Assembly (NCBI GenBank): GCA_965199495.1
Contig: CBDASK010000003.1
Span: 3,296,001 to 3,360,000 of the forward strand
Length of the DNA: 64,000 nucleotides
DNA from: Abditibacterium sp.
Lineage (GTDB): Bacteria > Armatimonadota > Abditibacteriia > Abditibacteriales > Abditibacteriaceae
Reading direction: 5' to 3'
In this document: in pieces, positions 20,483 to 30,322 of the stretch
Layout of the letters: each line of letters starts with the position of its first letter
Numbering within the stretch: the stretch's first letter is position 1
Position numbers and translations under genes: made by a program
Notes under the pieces: generated by a model
Database searches by the model: none
The model's input: the letters and a program-made list of their open reading frames with translations, nothing else
What the model was told of the DNA's origin: nothing

Positions 20483-20784
20483 TTTTGGCGGGGCTGGCTC
20501 CGATGGCATTACATTAAGGTTTCGGTTATTATAACTCACACCCCCTCTGCCTTCGCACTGCCCTGGCTCCGCCGGGCGCCCACCCCCTCCGAGAGGGGAA
20601 GAATGCCTCAGTGACTTTTGTCGCTTCGCATTTACAAAGTCAGTTCCGAAACGTGATGAGGCATTCTTCCCCTCTCGGAGGGGGTGGGCGCCCGGCGGAG
20701 CCAGGGCAGTGCGAAGGCAGAGGGGGTGTGAGTTATAATAACCGAAACCTTAATGTAATGCCATCGGAGCCAGCCCCGCCAAAA
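20483..20784. repeat. very long perfect palindrome, MITE-like (family shared with 44157-44392)
   Basis: 128-bp perfect IR 20483-20610 / 20657-20784, 46-nt spacer. Confidence 0.93.
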
Positions 20785-20786
20785 AC

Positions 20787-20819
20787 AAAAAAGGCGACCC
20801 CATTTGGGTCGCCTTTTTT
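20787..20819 (-). terminator. intrinsic terminator downstream of the LysR gene (bidirectional form)
   Basis: AAAAAAGGCGACCC-CATTT-GGGTCGCCTTTTTT. Confidence 0.85.
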
Positions 20820-20835
20820 ACGCGTCAAATCCAAA

Positions 20836-21732
20836 TTATTCGCTATCTTTGTCTTTGTCGGGCGTGAGAATGTTGACAAAGGCGCGCATCGCTTTGAAAC
20901 GCGGCGCGTTTTTGAGCAACAAAATTCCCAACGGACGCTCGATTTTGGTGTCTTTGAGGTCAATCATGCGCAGACCTTTTTCGTGGTCTTCCGCCGACAG
21001 CGAGTTGCGTGGCAACAGCGCGATGCCGTAGCCGATTTCGATCATCTGTTTCAAAACTTCGATGTTATCGCATTCGGTTCGCACGTTGACGGTGATGCCC
21101 TGTTCGGCCAAAACCGCGTCAGTTGCGCTGCGCGTTGGAGTTTCTTCGGTGAATTGCACGAAATTTTGTCCATCTAACTCGGACAGCGCCACGCTTTTTT
21201 GGCTGGCAAACGCATGATCCTTCATACAGACAATCGCCAAGTCGTCCGTCGCGAAATCGCGCGTTTCGATGCGCGACATTTCGGTCGGATAAGCGACAAT
21301 TCCGACATCAATATCGCCCGCCAAAAGTTCGCGGTAAATGTCATCGGAAGTGCGATATTCGATGCGCAGGTTGACACCGGGATATTTGGTCAAAAAGGCT
21401 TTGACGTAGGGCGGCAATTCGTAAAGCCCAACCGAGTGAACCGAAGCCACGCGTACCAGACCAGAAACTTCCTGTCTGGTCTCGCGCACGGCCTCTTTGG
21501 CTTCTTCGGCGCTTTTGAGCATGTCCTGCGCGTAAGGCAGCAGTTTTTGACCGGCTTCGAGTAGCGTCACCGCGCGCGTGGTGCGGTGAAAAAGCGGCAC
21601 GCCCAATTCGCTTTCCAGCTTGCGAATTTGCAGTGTGACGGCGGCCTGAGTCACGTAGTTCTCGTTGGCGACCTGCGTGAAATTCTTGCGCTCGGCCAAG
21701 TCTACGAAGAGTTTGAGTTGATATAGTTCCAT
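20836..21732 (-). CDS. LysR family transcriptional regulator
   Basis: N-terminal HTH (NFTQVA...TQAAVTLQIRKLESELGVPLFHR) plus substrate-binding domain. Confidence 0.95.
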   Translation of the reverse strand: MELYQLKLFVDLAERKNFTQVANENYVTQAAVTLQIRKLESELGVPLFHRTTRAVTLLEAGQKLLPYAQDMLKSAEEAKEAVRETRQEVSGLVRVASVHSVGLYELPPYVKAFLTKYPGVNLRIEYRTSDDIYRELLAGDIDVGIVAYPTEMSRIETRDFATDDLAIVCMKDHAFASQKSVALSELDGQNFVQFTEETPTRSATDAVLAEQGITVNVRTECDNIEVLKQMIEIGYGIALLPRNSLSAEDHEKGLRMIDLKDTKIERPLGILLLKNAPRFKAMRAFVNILTPDKDKDSE

Positions 21733-21963
21733 ATTGGCGCCTGAGGCAATGGTTTTGGCACTCTCCCATTACAGAGTTTGTAATTACTGCCAAAAGATTT
21801 GCCCGTTACTTTATTTTAACCCATTGCGAAAAAATTGCGTCTTCTTCGCGTCCGACTGGATTCAAGCGCCCACAGTTGTGCATTTTCGGGGCCGCTTTTG
21901 CCCAGAGAAAAAAGCCGGATTGTAAAATCGAGAACGGCTTTGGTTTTGCCAAAGTTTGGCGCC

Positions 21964-22464
21964 GTGAAACCTTCTCAACTTTCGCGCGAACTGCGCACCG
22001 GCCAATCCGCCGAACTCAACAATCGCCGCCTGATCGTCGGCCTTTCGTTAATTGGCGTGGGCATGGCGCAAATCGTCTCGCTTTATCAGGTCGGCATCAT
22101 CAAACATTTGCCCGACCCTCCGCTCGATGTTTTCGATTCCGACAAAGTGGATGCTTCGGATTACGCCTACAAACGCTTTGGGACACCCGACGGTTTTTTG
22201 ATGCTGATGAGTTATGCAGCCACGGCGACTCTGGCGGGCGCGGGCGGCGAAAAACGAAGCCAGACGCATCCGTTAGTATCGCTCGCGATGGGCGCCAAAA
22301 TCGCGCTCGATTTGTTGTCGGCGGCAGAGTTGGCGCGCGAAGAGTGGCAAGACAACAAAAAATTGTGCGCTTACTGCCAAACCGCGACTCTGGCTTCGAT
22401 TGGCTCGTTGTGGTTGGCGTGGCCCGAAATCAAAAGCGCATGGGAAAACTGGCGCGGCGGCTGA
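21964..22464 (+). CDS. vitamin K epoxide reductase (VKOR)-like membrane protein
   Basis: Probable GTG start 21964 (KPSQLSRELR); LYQVGIIKHLPDPP, FDSDKV, TM helices and C-terminal CAYC redox motif. Start uncertain. Confidence 0.75.
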   Translation: MKPSQLSRELRTGQSAELNNRRLIVGLSLIGVGMAQIVSLYQVGIIKHLPDPPLDVFDSDKVDASDYAYKRFGTPDGFLMLMSYAATATLAGAGGEKRSQTHPLVSLAMGAKIALDLLSAAELAREEWQDNKKLCAYCQTATLASIGSLWLAWPEIKSAWENWRGG

Positions 22465-22471
22465 GCGAACT

Positions 22472-23236
22472 TTAAATTCGCCGCGCCACCCAAAACCAAC
22501 GCTCCGATTTCTCGTGCGGCGGATTAATCGTATAAGCATCGTAAATTTTCAAGGTTTCCCAGCCGGTGGCTGCTAACATCGCCTCGACTTCTTCTAACCC
22601 ATAAGCGCGCTCGCGATGCGTTTCGCTGAACTTGCGGGCGACGCCGTTTTCGTCGGTGCGCACGAAACTCATGGCGACTTCGGTAATTTTCGTCGCCGCA
22701 TTATAAGTCGCACGCCAATCGTATTGCAGCGGTTTGCGCGGGTCGAACGAACGTTGCGTGAACAAATTCGCCGTCAAAGCGAGCGGCGTGTTCATATCGA
22801 AAACCAAAACGCCGCCCTTTTCGACGTGTCTGGCAAAACTGGCGAACGCCGCCTCTAATTTTGCCGGATCGAGAATATAATTGAGCGAATCGTAAAGGCA
22901 AGTCGCGCAATCGAATGTTTCGTTTAAGTCGAAATCGGTCAAATCGGCTTCGATGAACCGAATCGGACGCGGAAATTCGAGAGCTTTAATTTTGGCGATT
23001 TCGATCATCGCGGGCGCGATGTCAACGCCGGTGACGGAAATATCGCTTTTGGCGAGTTCAAACGACAAGTTGCCGGTTCCACACGCGCCGTCCAACAATT
23101 TAATCGGATCGTGTTCGGCGATTTGAAAGAGTAAAAGCACGTAATCTGCCCACGCGTCGTAGGGCACGATTTGCATCAGTTCGTCGTAGTGCGGCGCCAG
23201 AGCCGTAAATTGCGTGGGAGATTGGCCGTTGTTCAT
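22472..23236 (-). CDS. class I SAM-dependent methyltransferase
   Basis: Motifs LLDGACGTG, GVDIAPAM, CLYDSLNY and GGVLVFD. Confidence 0.9.
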   Translation of the reverse strand: MNNGQSPTQFTALAPHYDELMQIVPYDAWADYVLLLFQIAEHDPIKLLDGACGTGNLSFELAKSDISVTGVDIAPAMIEIAKIKALEFPRPIRFIEADLTDFDLNETFDCATCLYDSLNYILDPAKLEAAFASFARHVEKGGVLVFDMNTPLALTANLFTQRSFDPRKPLQYDWRATYNAATKITEVAMSFVRTDENGVARKFSETHRERAYGLEEVEAMLAATGWETLKIYDAYTINPPHEKSERWFWVARRI

Positions 23237-23308
23237 CGAAAGGTGTGCGTTAGTTTACGAACTGGCTCTCGTATGTGGGCCAGCGACTTGCTTTAAACTG
23301 CGCTTCAC

Positions 23309-24832
23309 ATGACAACACTTTCGGCGCCCATCGCGGGCGCGGCGCACCCGCAGTTGCAGGAATTGCGCGAAATTCTCACGCAGGCCAACGATTTAAACGG
23401 CGCCGCTTCGCTGCTCCATTGGGATCAGGCGACGTATATGCCGCCGGGCGGTGCGGCGGCGCGCGGGCGACAACTTGCCACTCTTTCGCGTTTGGCGCAC
23501 GAAACATTTATTCAACCGCGCGTCGGCGAACTTTTGGAAGCGTTGCGGGCTTTGGAAAACGAATCCGATCCCGATGGCTTTGATGCGGCGCTAATTCGCG
23601 TATCGCGGCGCGATTACGAAAAAGCCGCACGCATCCCGACCGAGTTCGAGGCGCGCTTTTCGGAGCATTGCGCCCTCGCCTACGAGACTTGGACGCGCGC
23701 GCGGCCCGCGAACGATTGGAATTTGATTCGTCCGGTTTTGGAGCAAACGCTCGATTTGTCGCGCGAACTAACGAGTTTTACGCCGCACGAACATCCCGCC
23801 GACCCGCTCATTGACGACAGCGATCCGGGCTTTACCGCCGCGCAAATCAGCGCTTTATTTGGTCAGTTGCGCGACGAACTCGTGCCTTTGGTGTCCGACG
23901 TGGCTGCACGCGGCGCCGCCGATGACGCGGTTTTGCGCGGAAATTTTAGCATCCAATCGCAGCGCCAATTCGCGCGCGATGTCGTCGGCGATTTGGGCTA
24001 CTCGTTCGAGCGCGGGCGCATGGACGCGACGCACCATCCGTTTATGACCAAGTTTTCGCTGGGCGATGTGCGCATCACCATTCGCGAGGACGAAAGCGAA
24101 GTTTCGAGCCTATTTCTGGGCGCGATTCACGAGGCGGGACATGCGATGTATGAACAGGGGATTTCTCCAATTTATGAAGCCACGCCACTCGCCAACGGCG
24201 CTTCGAGCGGTTTGCACGAAAGCCAATCGCGCCTGTGGGAAAACTTCGTCGGGCGCTCGCCGCAGTTTTGGGAGTTCTATTATCCCAAGTTTCAGGCGCT
24301 GTTTCCGCAATTAGAAAGCGTGAAATTGGATGAGTTTTTGCGCGCGCTTAACCGCAGCGAGCAAACCTTGATTCGCACCGAAGCCGACGAGTTGACTTAC
24401 AATTTGCACGTTATGATTCGGTTCGATTTGGAATTGCAGATGTTAGATGGGCGTCTCGACATCAAAGATTTGCCCGATGCCTGGAACGCGCGTTACCAAT
24501 CGGATTTGGGCGTGACGGTGCCCGATTACAATCACGGATGTTTGCAGGATGTGCATTGGTTTAGCGGCCCGATTGGCGGCGCGTTTCAATGCTACACGCT
24601 GGGCAACATTTTGTCAGCGCAGTTCTTCGAGGCAGCCACGCGCGCTCAACCTTCGATTCCCGATGATATGACGCGCGGCGAATTTGGCGCTTTGCGCGAT
24701 TGGTTGACCGGCAATTTATATCGTTTTGGCCGCGCGCGCGAGCCGCAACAACTCATCGAAAGCGCGGTTGGCGGGCCGCTCGATATTGCGCCCTATATGA
24801 ATTATTTGCGCGATAAATATGATTGTCAGTAA
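23309..24832 (+). CDS. carboxypeptidase Taq-like (peptidase M32)
   Basis: Motifs LHWDQATYMP, HPF, DVRIT, HEAGHAMYEQG, HESQSRLWEN, GCLQDVHW and YTLGN. Confidence 0.95.
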   Translation: MTTLSAPIAGAAHPQLQELREILTQANDLNGAASLLHWDQATYMPPGGAAARGRQLATLSRLAHETFIQPRVGELLEALRALENESDPDGFDAALIRVSRRDYEKAARIPTEFEARFSEHCALAYETWTRARPANDWNLIRPVLEQTLDLSRELTSFTPHEHPADPLIDDSDPGFTAAQISALFGQLRDELVPLVSDVAARGAADDAVLRGNFSIQSQRQFARDVVGDLGYSFERGRMDATHHPFMTKFSLGDVRITIREDESEVSSLFLGAIHEAGHAMYEQGISPIYEATPLANGASSGLHESQSRLWENFVGRSPQFWEFYYPKFQALFPQLESVKLDEFLRALNRSEQTLIRTEADELTYNLHVMIRFDLELQMLDGRLDIKDLPDAWNARYQSDLGVTVPDYNHGCLQDVHWFSGPIGGAFQCYTLGNILSAQFFEAATRAQPSIPDDMTRGEFGALRDWLTGNLYRFGRAREPQQLIESAVGGPLDIAPYMNYLRDKYDCQ

Positions 24833-24939
24833 GTCATTTTTCTGTCAAGTCGGAGCGCAACTGATTGGGCAGAAATGGCTCCAACTGTTAAGATATTGGG
24901 CGTGATTTGCGAAGTCGAAAGGGAAAGAAAAGTTTGTCT

Positions 24940-26187
24940 ATGCCGAAAGTTGCCATTGTCCACGATTTTTTGATGCAGATGGGCGGCGCCGAAAAGGTCG
25001 TCGAAGTTTTGCACGAAATGTATCCTGACGCGCCCATCTACACGTCGGCGTTCGACCGCGACGCGATGCCCGCGCACTATCGCGATTGGGATGTTCACAC
25101 CACGTTTTTGCAGCGTTTGCCGCTCAAACGGCGCACGCACCGCGCGGCGCTTTTGCTTTATCCGGCAGCTTTTGAATCGTTCGATTTATCGCGCTTCGAT
25201 TTGGTCATTTCGTCGTCGTCGTGGTTCGCTAAAGGCGTGATTACGCAGCCGCATACCACGCACATTTGCTATACGCACACGCCGATGCGCCTCGCGTGGA
25301 TGCCTAACTCCTACATGAAAGAGGAGCGCATTTCGATGATGATGCGCACCCTGATGGCGCCCGGCCTGAATTATCTGCGCACCTGGGACGTGCAGGCTTC
25401 GATGCGCGTGGATCATTATGTCGCCAACTCGCGCATTGTGGCCGACCGCATCCAGAAATTTTACCGCCGCGAAAGCTCCGTTATCGCGCCGCCCGTTGAT
25501 ACCAATCGCTTTTACATTTCGCCCGAAACCGACGATTATTACATTATGGTCACGCGGCTGGCGCCCTACAAGCGTTTGGATTTGGCCGTGCAAGCGTTGA
25601 CGCAATTGGGTCGTCCGCTCAAGATTGTCGGGACGGGGCGTTATATGGATCAATTGAAGAAAATCGCCGGGCCAAAAGTCGAGTTTCTGGGCCGCGTCTC
25701 CGATGCCGAACTGCCGACTTTGTTGGCGCGCGCCAAAGCCTACATCATGCCGGGCATGGAAGATTTTGGCATCGCGCCCGTCGAAGCCAACGCCGCCGGG
25801 CGCCCGGTCATCGCGCTGGGCGTGGGCGGCGCCTTGGATTCGCAAATTGATGGCGTGACCGGCGTTTTGTTTCCCGAACCGACGGTGGAATCGTTGATAG
25901 AAGCCATCCATCGCGCCGACCAAATCGCGTTCGATCCGGCGCAAATTCGCGCGCACGCACAGAGTTTCGACCGCGAAACTTTCAAGGCGCGCATGAGCGA
26001 TTTCATCGCGCGCGTCGGCTCGTCGGGCGCCAGTTCACATTTCGCCGACGACGAAATGGATTCGAGCCGAACCCGCGAACGCAGTGGTTTGATCCATCTT
26101 TTGCCGCGTCGTGCGCCGTCTTCTGCGCCGCCCGCGTCCAAATCGCAGACGCCGCCCGCCAATGGGACTTCGGGACGCGGAGAGTGA
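24940..26187 (+). CDS. glycosyltransferase family 4
   Basis: Start ATG 24940; VAIVHDFL..GGAE, YTHTPMR, RLAPYKR, EDFGIAPVEA. Confidence 0.92.
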   Translation: MPKVAIVHDFLMQMGGAEKVVEVLHEMYPDAPIYTSAFDRDAMPAHYRDWDVHTTFLQRLPLKRRTHRAALLLYPAAFESFDLSRFDLVISSSSWFAKGVITQPHTTHICYTHTPMRLAWMPNSYMKEERISMMMRTLMAPGLNYLRTWDVQASMRVDHYVANSRIVADRIQKFYRRESSVIAPPVDTNRFYISPETDDYYIMVTRLAPYKRLDLAVQALTQLGRPLKIVGTGRYMDQLKKIAGPKVEFLGRVSDAELPTLLARAKAYIMPGMEDFGIAPVEANAAGRPVIALGVGGALDSQIDGVTGVLFPEPTVESLIEAIHRADQIAFDPAQIRAHAQSFDRETFKARMSDFIARVGSSGASSHFADDEMDSSRTRERSGLIHLLPRRAPSSAPPASKSQTPPANGTSGRGE

Positions 26188-26193
26188 GATAGT

Positions 26194-26250
26194 TTTGAGG
26201 GCAAGCGAGAAGGTTAGGGAGAGGGAATAAACCTCTCGCTTGCCCTCAAA
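26194..26250. repeat. intergenic inverted repeat
   Basis: 17-bp IR TTTGAGGGCAAGCGAGA (26194-26210 / 26234-26250). Confidence 0.7.
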
Positions 26251-26282
26251 CATAAGCCGCAAACCCAAACCGCCCGCTCGCA

Positions 26283-27884
26283 ATGCCTTCCGTTCCACCG
26301 CCCGCGCCGCTCGATGCGTCATTGCCACAACCCGTCGAAACAACAGCCACGCCGCCTGTGCCGATACGCCAGAGCGGCGCGTCCATCGTGCGCAACACGT
26401 TGGTGGCGAATTTGGCGACGCTGTTTTCGATATTTACCGGCTTTTTTCTGACGCCGATTTTGTTGCGCGCGCTGGGCGCCGATACTTTTGGCGTGTGGTC
26501 GCTGGCGCTGGGCATTATCGGCCAACTGGCGATCATCCAACTGGGGCTGAATACGGCGATTCCTCAGCAGGTCGCCGCCAAACTGGCGCTGGGCGACCGC
26601 GACGGCCTCGACAAAATCTTCTCGACGGCTTTTGCCGCTTATCTGGCGTGCGCCGCGTTGAGTCTGCTCGCGACGGGCGTTTTTATTTTCATCGCGCCCC
26701 ACTTTTTCAAAGTTGCGCCGTCGCAGTTGGGCACGATTCGCTGGACTTTATTGGTTTTGGGCGTTAATCAAGCGTTGGCTTTTGGCGTGGCTCTGCGCGA
26801 CGCCTTGGTGTTCGGTTCGGGTCGCATGTTCCTGACTTCGAGCATCAACATGGTGGTCAATCTGGGCATCACGTTGGGCTTTATCGCGATGGCACTGGCC
26901 GGGCGCGGCACCGTCGGCATGGCGGGCGTGATGCTGTGCGCCACCATCGTCAACCTCGCGCTTTATCAGCGTTTATTGTCCGATGAGTTTTCCGGTCTCA
27001 AACCCAGCCGCCGCCAATTCAGCCGCGAAACACTACAACGTTTGCTGCGCGTCGGGCGCGATCAATTCGCGATTTCTTTATCGGGCGTAGTTTCGTTTGG
27101 CGCCAACAGTTTGATTTTGGGCGTTTTACTAACGCCCAACGCGCTCGCGCTTTACGCGCTGTCGGTGCGGCTGATGAATTTCATCGAGCAGATTTCGACC
27201 AAGTTTTCGTCGGTCTCGCTACCGGTTTACGCGCAGGCCCACGCGGCGGGCGATAAAGCGCAGATGCGACGCATTTTTACCGAAAGCATTACGGTCAGCA
27301 TGGGCATCGCTGTGCCGTTTTTTCTCGTCTCGCTGGTGCTGGGCAAACGATTAATGCTGGCGTGGGTTGGCCCGCATCACGACGAGGCCGCGACGTTATG
27401 GGCGTTGGGTATGGCGATGTTTATCTGTCGTTTGCCGGGCCAAATCGCCATCACAATTCTCAACGGCGCCGAGAAAACCGGCTTAATCATCAAAGTGTTT
27501 TTGGCCGCGTCGGTCGTTGATCTGGCGCTCTCGTATGGGCTGACGCGCCAATTGGGCGCGGGCGGCGTTTATATCGGCTCGATCATCGTCGGCGCGGCGA
27601 TTGATTTCGGTTGGTTGCCGTGGTTCGTGTGCCGCGAATTCGGCTTTTCGCCGCGCGCGTTTTGGGCCGACGGCCTGTTGCCGCTATTGCCATCGGTCAT
27701 TGTCGGCGGCGCCGTGGCTGTTGCACTCGCGCGCGCGCCGTTGCCATCGGGCACGCTCACAACGTTAGCCGCGACCCTCGTTCTGCTGGGCTGTTCGTGG
27801 ATAACGTGGTTTTTCGTCGGTCTGCCAGCCAGCCGCCGCGAACGTTTCATGCGCGCACTGGGACGCGCAATGCGGCGCGGTTGA
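26283..27884 (+). CDS. oligosaccharide flippase (Wzx/MOP superfamily)
   Basis: IVRNT..N, TPILLRALG...FG, LGL..AI and about 12-14 TM helices; lies in a glycosyltransferase cluster. Confidence 0.85.
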   Translation: MPSVPPPAPLDASLPQPVETTATPPVPIRQSGASIVRNTLVANLATLFSIFTGFFLTPILLRALGADTFGVWSLALGIIGQLAIIQLGLNTAIPQQVAAKLALGDRDGLDKIFSTAFAAYLACAALSLLATGVFIFIAPHFFKVAPSQLGTIRWTLLVLGVNQALAFGVALRDALVFGSGRMFLTSSINMVVNLGITLGFIAMALAGRGTVGMAGVMLCATIVNLALYQRLLSDEFSGLKPSRRQFSRETLQRLLRVGRDQFAISLSGVVSFGANSLILGVLLTPNALALYALSVRLMNFIEQISTKFSSVSLPVYAQAHAAGDKAQMRRIFTESITVSMGIAVPFFLVSLVLGKRLMLAWVGPHHDEAATLWALGMAMFICRLPGQIAITILNGAEKTGLIIKVFLAASVVDLALSYGLTRQLGAGGVYIGSIIVGAAIDFGWLPWFVCREFGFSPRAFWADGLLPLLPSVIVGGAVAVALARAPLPSGTLTTLAATLVLLGCSWITWFFVGLPASRRERFMRALGRAMRRG

Positions 27885-27930
27885 TGCGAGCGCATCGGCT
27901 AAACTGGCGCATTTGTTGTTTGAATGCCGT

Positions 27931-29082
27931 ATGAAGATCGCTTTATTTCCCAGCGCGTTTCATCCCAATCTGGGTGGCGTCGAAGAATTGACCCGCCAAC
28001 TGGCGCACGCGCTGCAACGACGCGAGCATCAAATACTTATCGTAACGCAGCGCTGGCCGCGCGATTTGCCCGCCACCGAAGAATTTGAAGGCTTGCCGCT
28101 TTATCGCGTGGCGTTTGCGGGCGCGCCACAAGGCTGGAACGCGGGCGCGCTCAAGGCGCGCGCGCAATGGAACAATCGTCGCCGCATCGCCGAACGCGAA
28201 ACCGCGCGCATTTTGCACGAAACGGGCGCCGATTTGGTTCACATCCAATGCGCGGGGCCAAACGCTTATTATGCGCACCATGCCGCGCGCGAATTGAAGT
28301 TGCCGCTTGTTCTCAGTGCGCAGGGCGAATTGACGATGGACGCGACGGGACTTTATCAGAAATCGGGCTGGATGCGCGGCGTCTTGCGCGAAATCCTGCG
28401 CGACGCCGCGCAAATTACGGCCTGTTCGCGCAATTCGCTGAACGACCTCGAAAACTTCGCGCGCCCGCTTGCAATTGCCGAAAAATCGCGCGTGATTTAC
28501 AACGGCATCTCGCGCGCCGATTTCGCCGCCGCGCCCGATGCAGCCACGGCGCCGCGCCCCTATGTTTTCGCGATGGGGCGATTCGTCAAACAGAAGGGAT
28601 TCGATGTTTTAATCGACGCATTTATCCGCGCCGAAATAAACGAGTTCGATTTAATAATCGCGGGCGCTGGCCCCGAACAATCCACGCTCGAATCGTTGGC
28701 GCAAAACGCGCCCAACGTGAGTTTCTGGGGACGCGCCGAGCGCGCCGATGTCGTGCGCTTGTTGCGTGGTTGCGCGTGGTTTGTATTGCCTTCGCGCGTC
28801 GAGCCGCAGGGCATCGTTAATCTCGAAGCGATGGCCGCCGGGCGCGCGGTTGTCGCCTCGCGAACCGGCGGCGTGCCCGAAATCGTGTTGGACGGCCAAA
28901 CTGGGGTTTTAGTCGAACCGGATAACGTCGAATCGTTGGCAAACGCGCTGCGCGAAATGGCGACGCAACCCGCGCGCCGCGACGCGTTGGGCGCGGCGGG
29001 ATTTCAGCGCGCGCAAAGTTTCGATTGGGACGCGATAGCGGCGCAATACGAAACGGTTTATCGAGCGGCGTTAGAGAAATAA
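27931..29082 (+). CDS. glycosyltransferase family 4
   Basis: Motifs FHPNLGGVE, VIYNGI, GRFVKQKGFD and EPQGIVNLEAMAAG. Confidence 0.92.
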   Translation: MKIALFPSAFHPNLGGVEELTRQLAHALQRREHQILIVTQRWPRDLPATEEFEGLPLYRVAFAGAPQGWNAGALKARAQWNNRRRIAERETARILHETGADLVHIQCAGPNAYYAHHAARELKLPLVLSAQGELTMDATGLYQKSGWMRGVLREILRDAAQITACSRNSLNDLENFARPLAIAEKSRVIYNGISRADFAAAPDAATAPRPYVFAMGRFVKQKGFDVLIDAFIRAEINEFDLIIAGAGPEQSTLESLAQNAPNVSFWGRAERADVVRLLRGCAWFVLPSRVEPQGIVNLEAMAAGRAVVASRTGGVPEIVLDGQTGVLVEPDNVESLANALREMATQPARRDALGAAGFQRAQSFDWDAIAAQYETVYRAALEK

Positions 29083-29088
29083 TCAACT

Positions 29089-30306
29089 ATGCAATCGCCC
29101 GAACCCTTCGATTTAATCTACATCGCGCTCGAACCGTGGGACGAAGTGTGGCGCCGTAACCAACCGCTCTGCGCCGAATTGGCGCGCAGTGGCGCGTCAA
29201 GGCGCATTGTTTATGTCGAGCCGCCGCGCGTCGTGCCTTATTGGCTGGTGCGTCCGCAAATGCGGCGCACCGACCTCAAACGGCGCGGATTGCGACCGGT
29301 CAAAGGGCGCGGCGGGCATAACATCGCCGGTATTCAAGCGTTCGCGCCGTTGCAAATTTTGCCCAACACTTTCGCGCCGTTGCGCGCGTTCAACCAGTGG
29401 CACGAACGCCAACAATTGCGCGCGATTTCGCGGCGCGCGGGTTTGAACCATCCCACGCTTTACACCAATTCGCACTGGGCCGCACCGCTCGCCGGAACGC
29501 TAAATGAGCGCGGTCTGGTCTACGATATCGGCGACGATTGGCTCGCCGTCCCCGACAAACGTTTGGATCGCATCCGCGCGGACGACGAATTGTTGTGTCG
29601 CGAAGCGGGCGCGACAATTGTAGTTTCGGGGCGGTTGCGCGAACTCAAAACGCCGCTTTCCAATCGCGTCGAACTCGTGCCCAACGGCGTAGATGTCGAA
29701 CATTACCAAGGCGCCGTGGCTGCTAAGAGCGAGGCGCATCCTATCGCGAAAAATTGGCGCAAACCGGTGCTGGGATATTTGGGTTCGATTCACGCCGAAC
29801 GCGTGGATTTGCCATTAATTGAAGCGCTTTCTCAGGCGTTACCCGACGCGACGATTGCTCTGGTTGGGCCAATTTTGCTCGATGAAAAAGACAAAACGCG
29901 TTTGGCGAAATTGCCCAATGTCGCATTAACCGGTTCGGTGGCGTTCGAGGAATCGCCCGCCGTTTTGCGGGCGTTTGATGTTTTTTTGGTGCCGCACGTC
30001 GAAAGCGATTTTACGCGCAGCCTGAACCCACTTAAACTGGGCGAGTATCTTTCGATTGGCAAACCCATCGTCTCGACGCGCGTCGCCGGATTCGCCGAGT
30101 TGGAAGGCCAAACCGCCGCCGACGGCACGCCGCTCTGCCGCTTAGCCACCGGCGCCAAAGATTTTATCGAACAATGCCGGTTGGCCCTGGGCGAATCGGA
30201 CGCCGTCGCGCCGAACGAGCGACGCGAAATCGCGCAAAGTATGAGTTGGCGCGAGCGTGTCTCGCGTATCGCGGAAATCGTGCGCGAGGTGCGCGCGGCA
30301 GTTTGA
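29089..30306 (+). CDS. GT-B glycosyltransferase (TuaH-like)
   Basis: Motifs W..VWRRNQ, VYDIGDDW, VPNGVD, LGYLGSI and NPLKLGEYLSIGKPIVS. Confidence 0.85.
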   Translation: MQSPEPFDLIYIALEPWDEVWRRNQPLCAELARSGASRRIVYVEPPRVVPYWLVRPQMRRTDLKRRGLRPVKGRGGHNIAGIQAFAPLQILPNTFAPLRAFNQWHERQQLRAISRRAGLNHPTLYTNSHWAAPLAGTLNERGLVYDIGDDWLAVPDKRLDRIRADDELLCREAGATIVVSGRLRELKTPLSNRVELVPNGVDVEHYQGAVAAKSEAHPIAKNWRKPVLGYLGSIHAERVDLPLIEALSQALPDATIALVGPILLDEKDKTRLAKLPNVALTGSVAFEESPAVLRAFDVFLVPHVESDFTRSLNPLKLGEYLSIGKPIVSTRVAGFAELEGQTAADGTPLCRLATGAKDFIEQCRLALGESDAVAPNERREIAQSMSWRERVSRIAEIVREVRAAV

Positions 30307-30322
30307 GTTCTCACTAAAATCC

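Noticed and set aside
20345..21177. ORFs 20345-20539 (-) and 20611-21177 (+) sharing the peptide SYNNRNLNVMPSEPAPPK
   Set aside because: Artefact of reading the two arms of the 128-bp palindrome; both overlap real genes.
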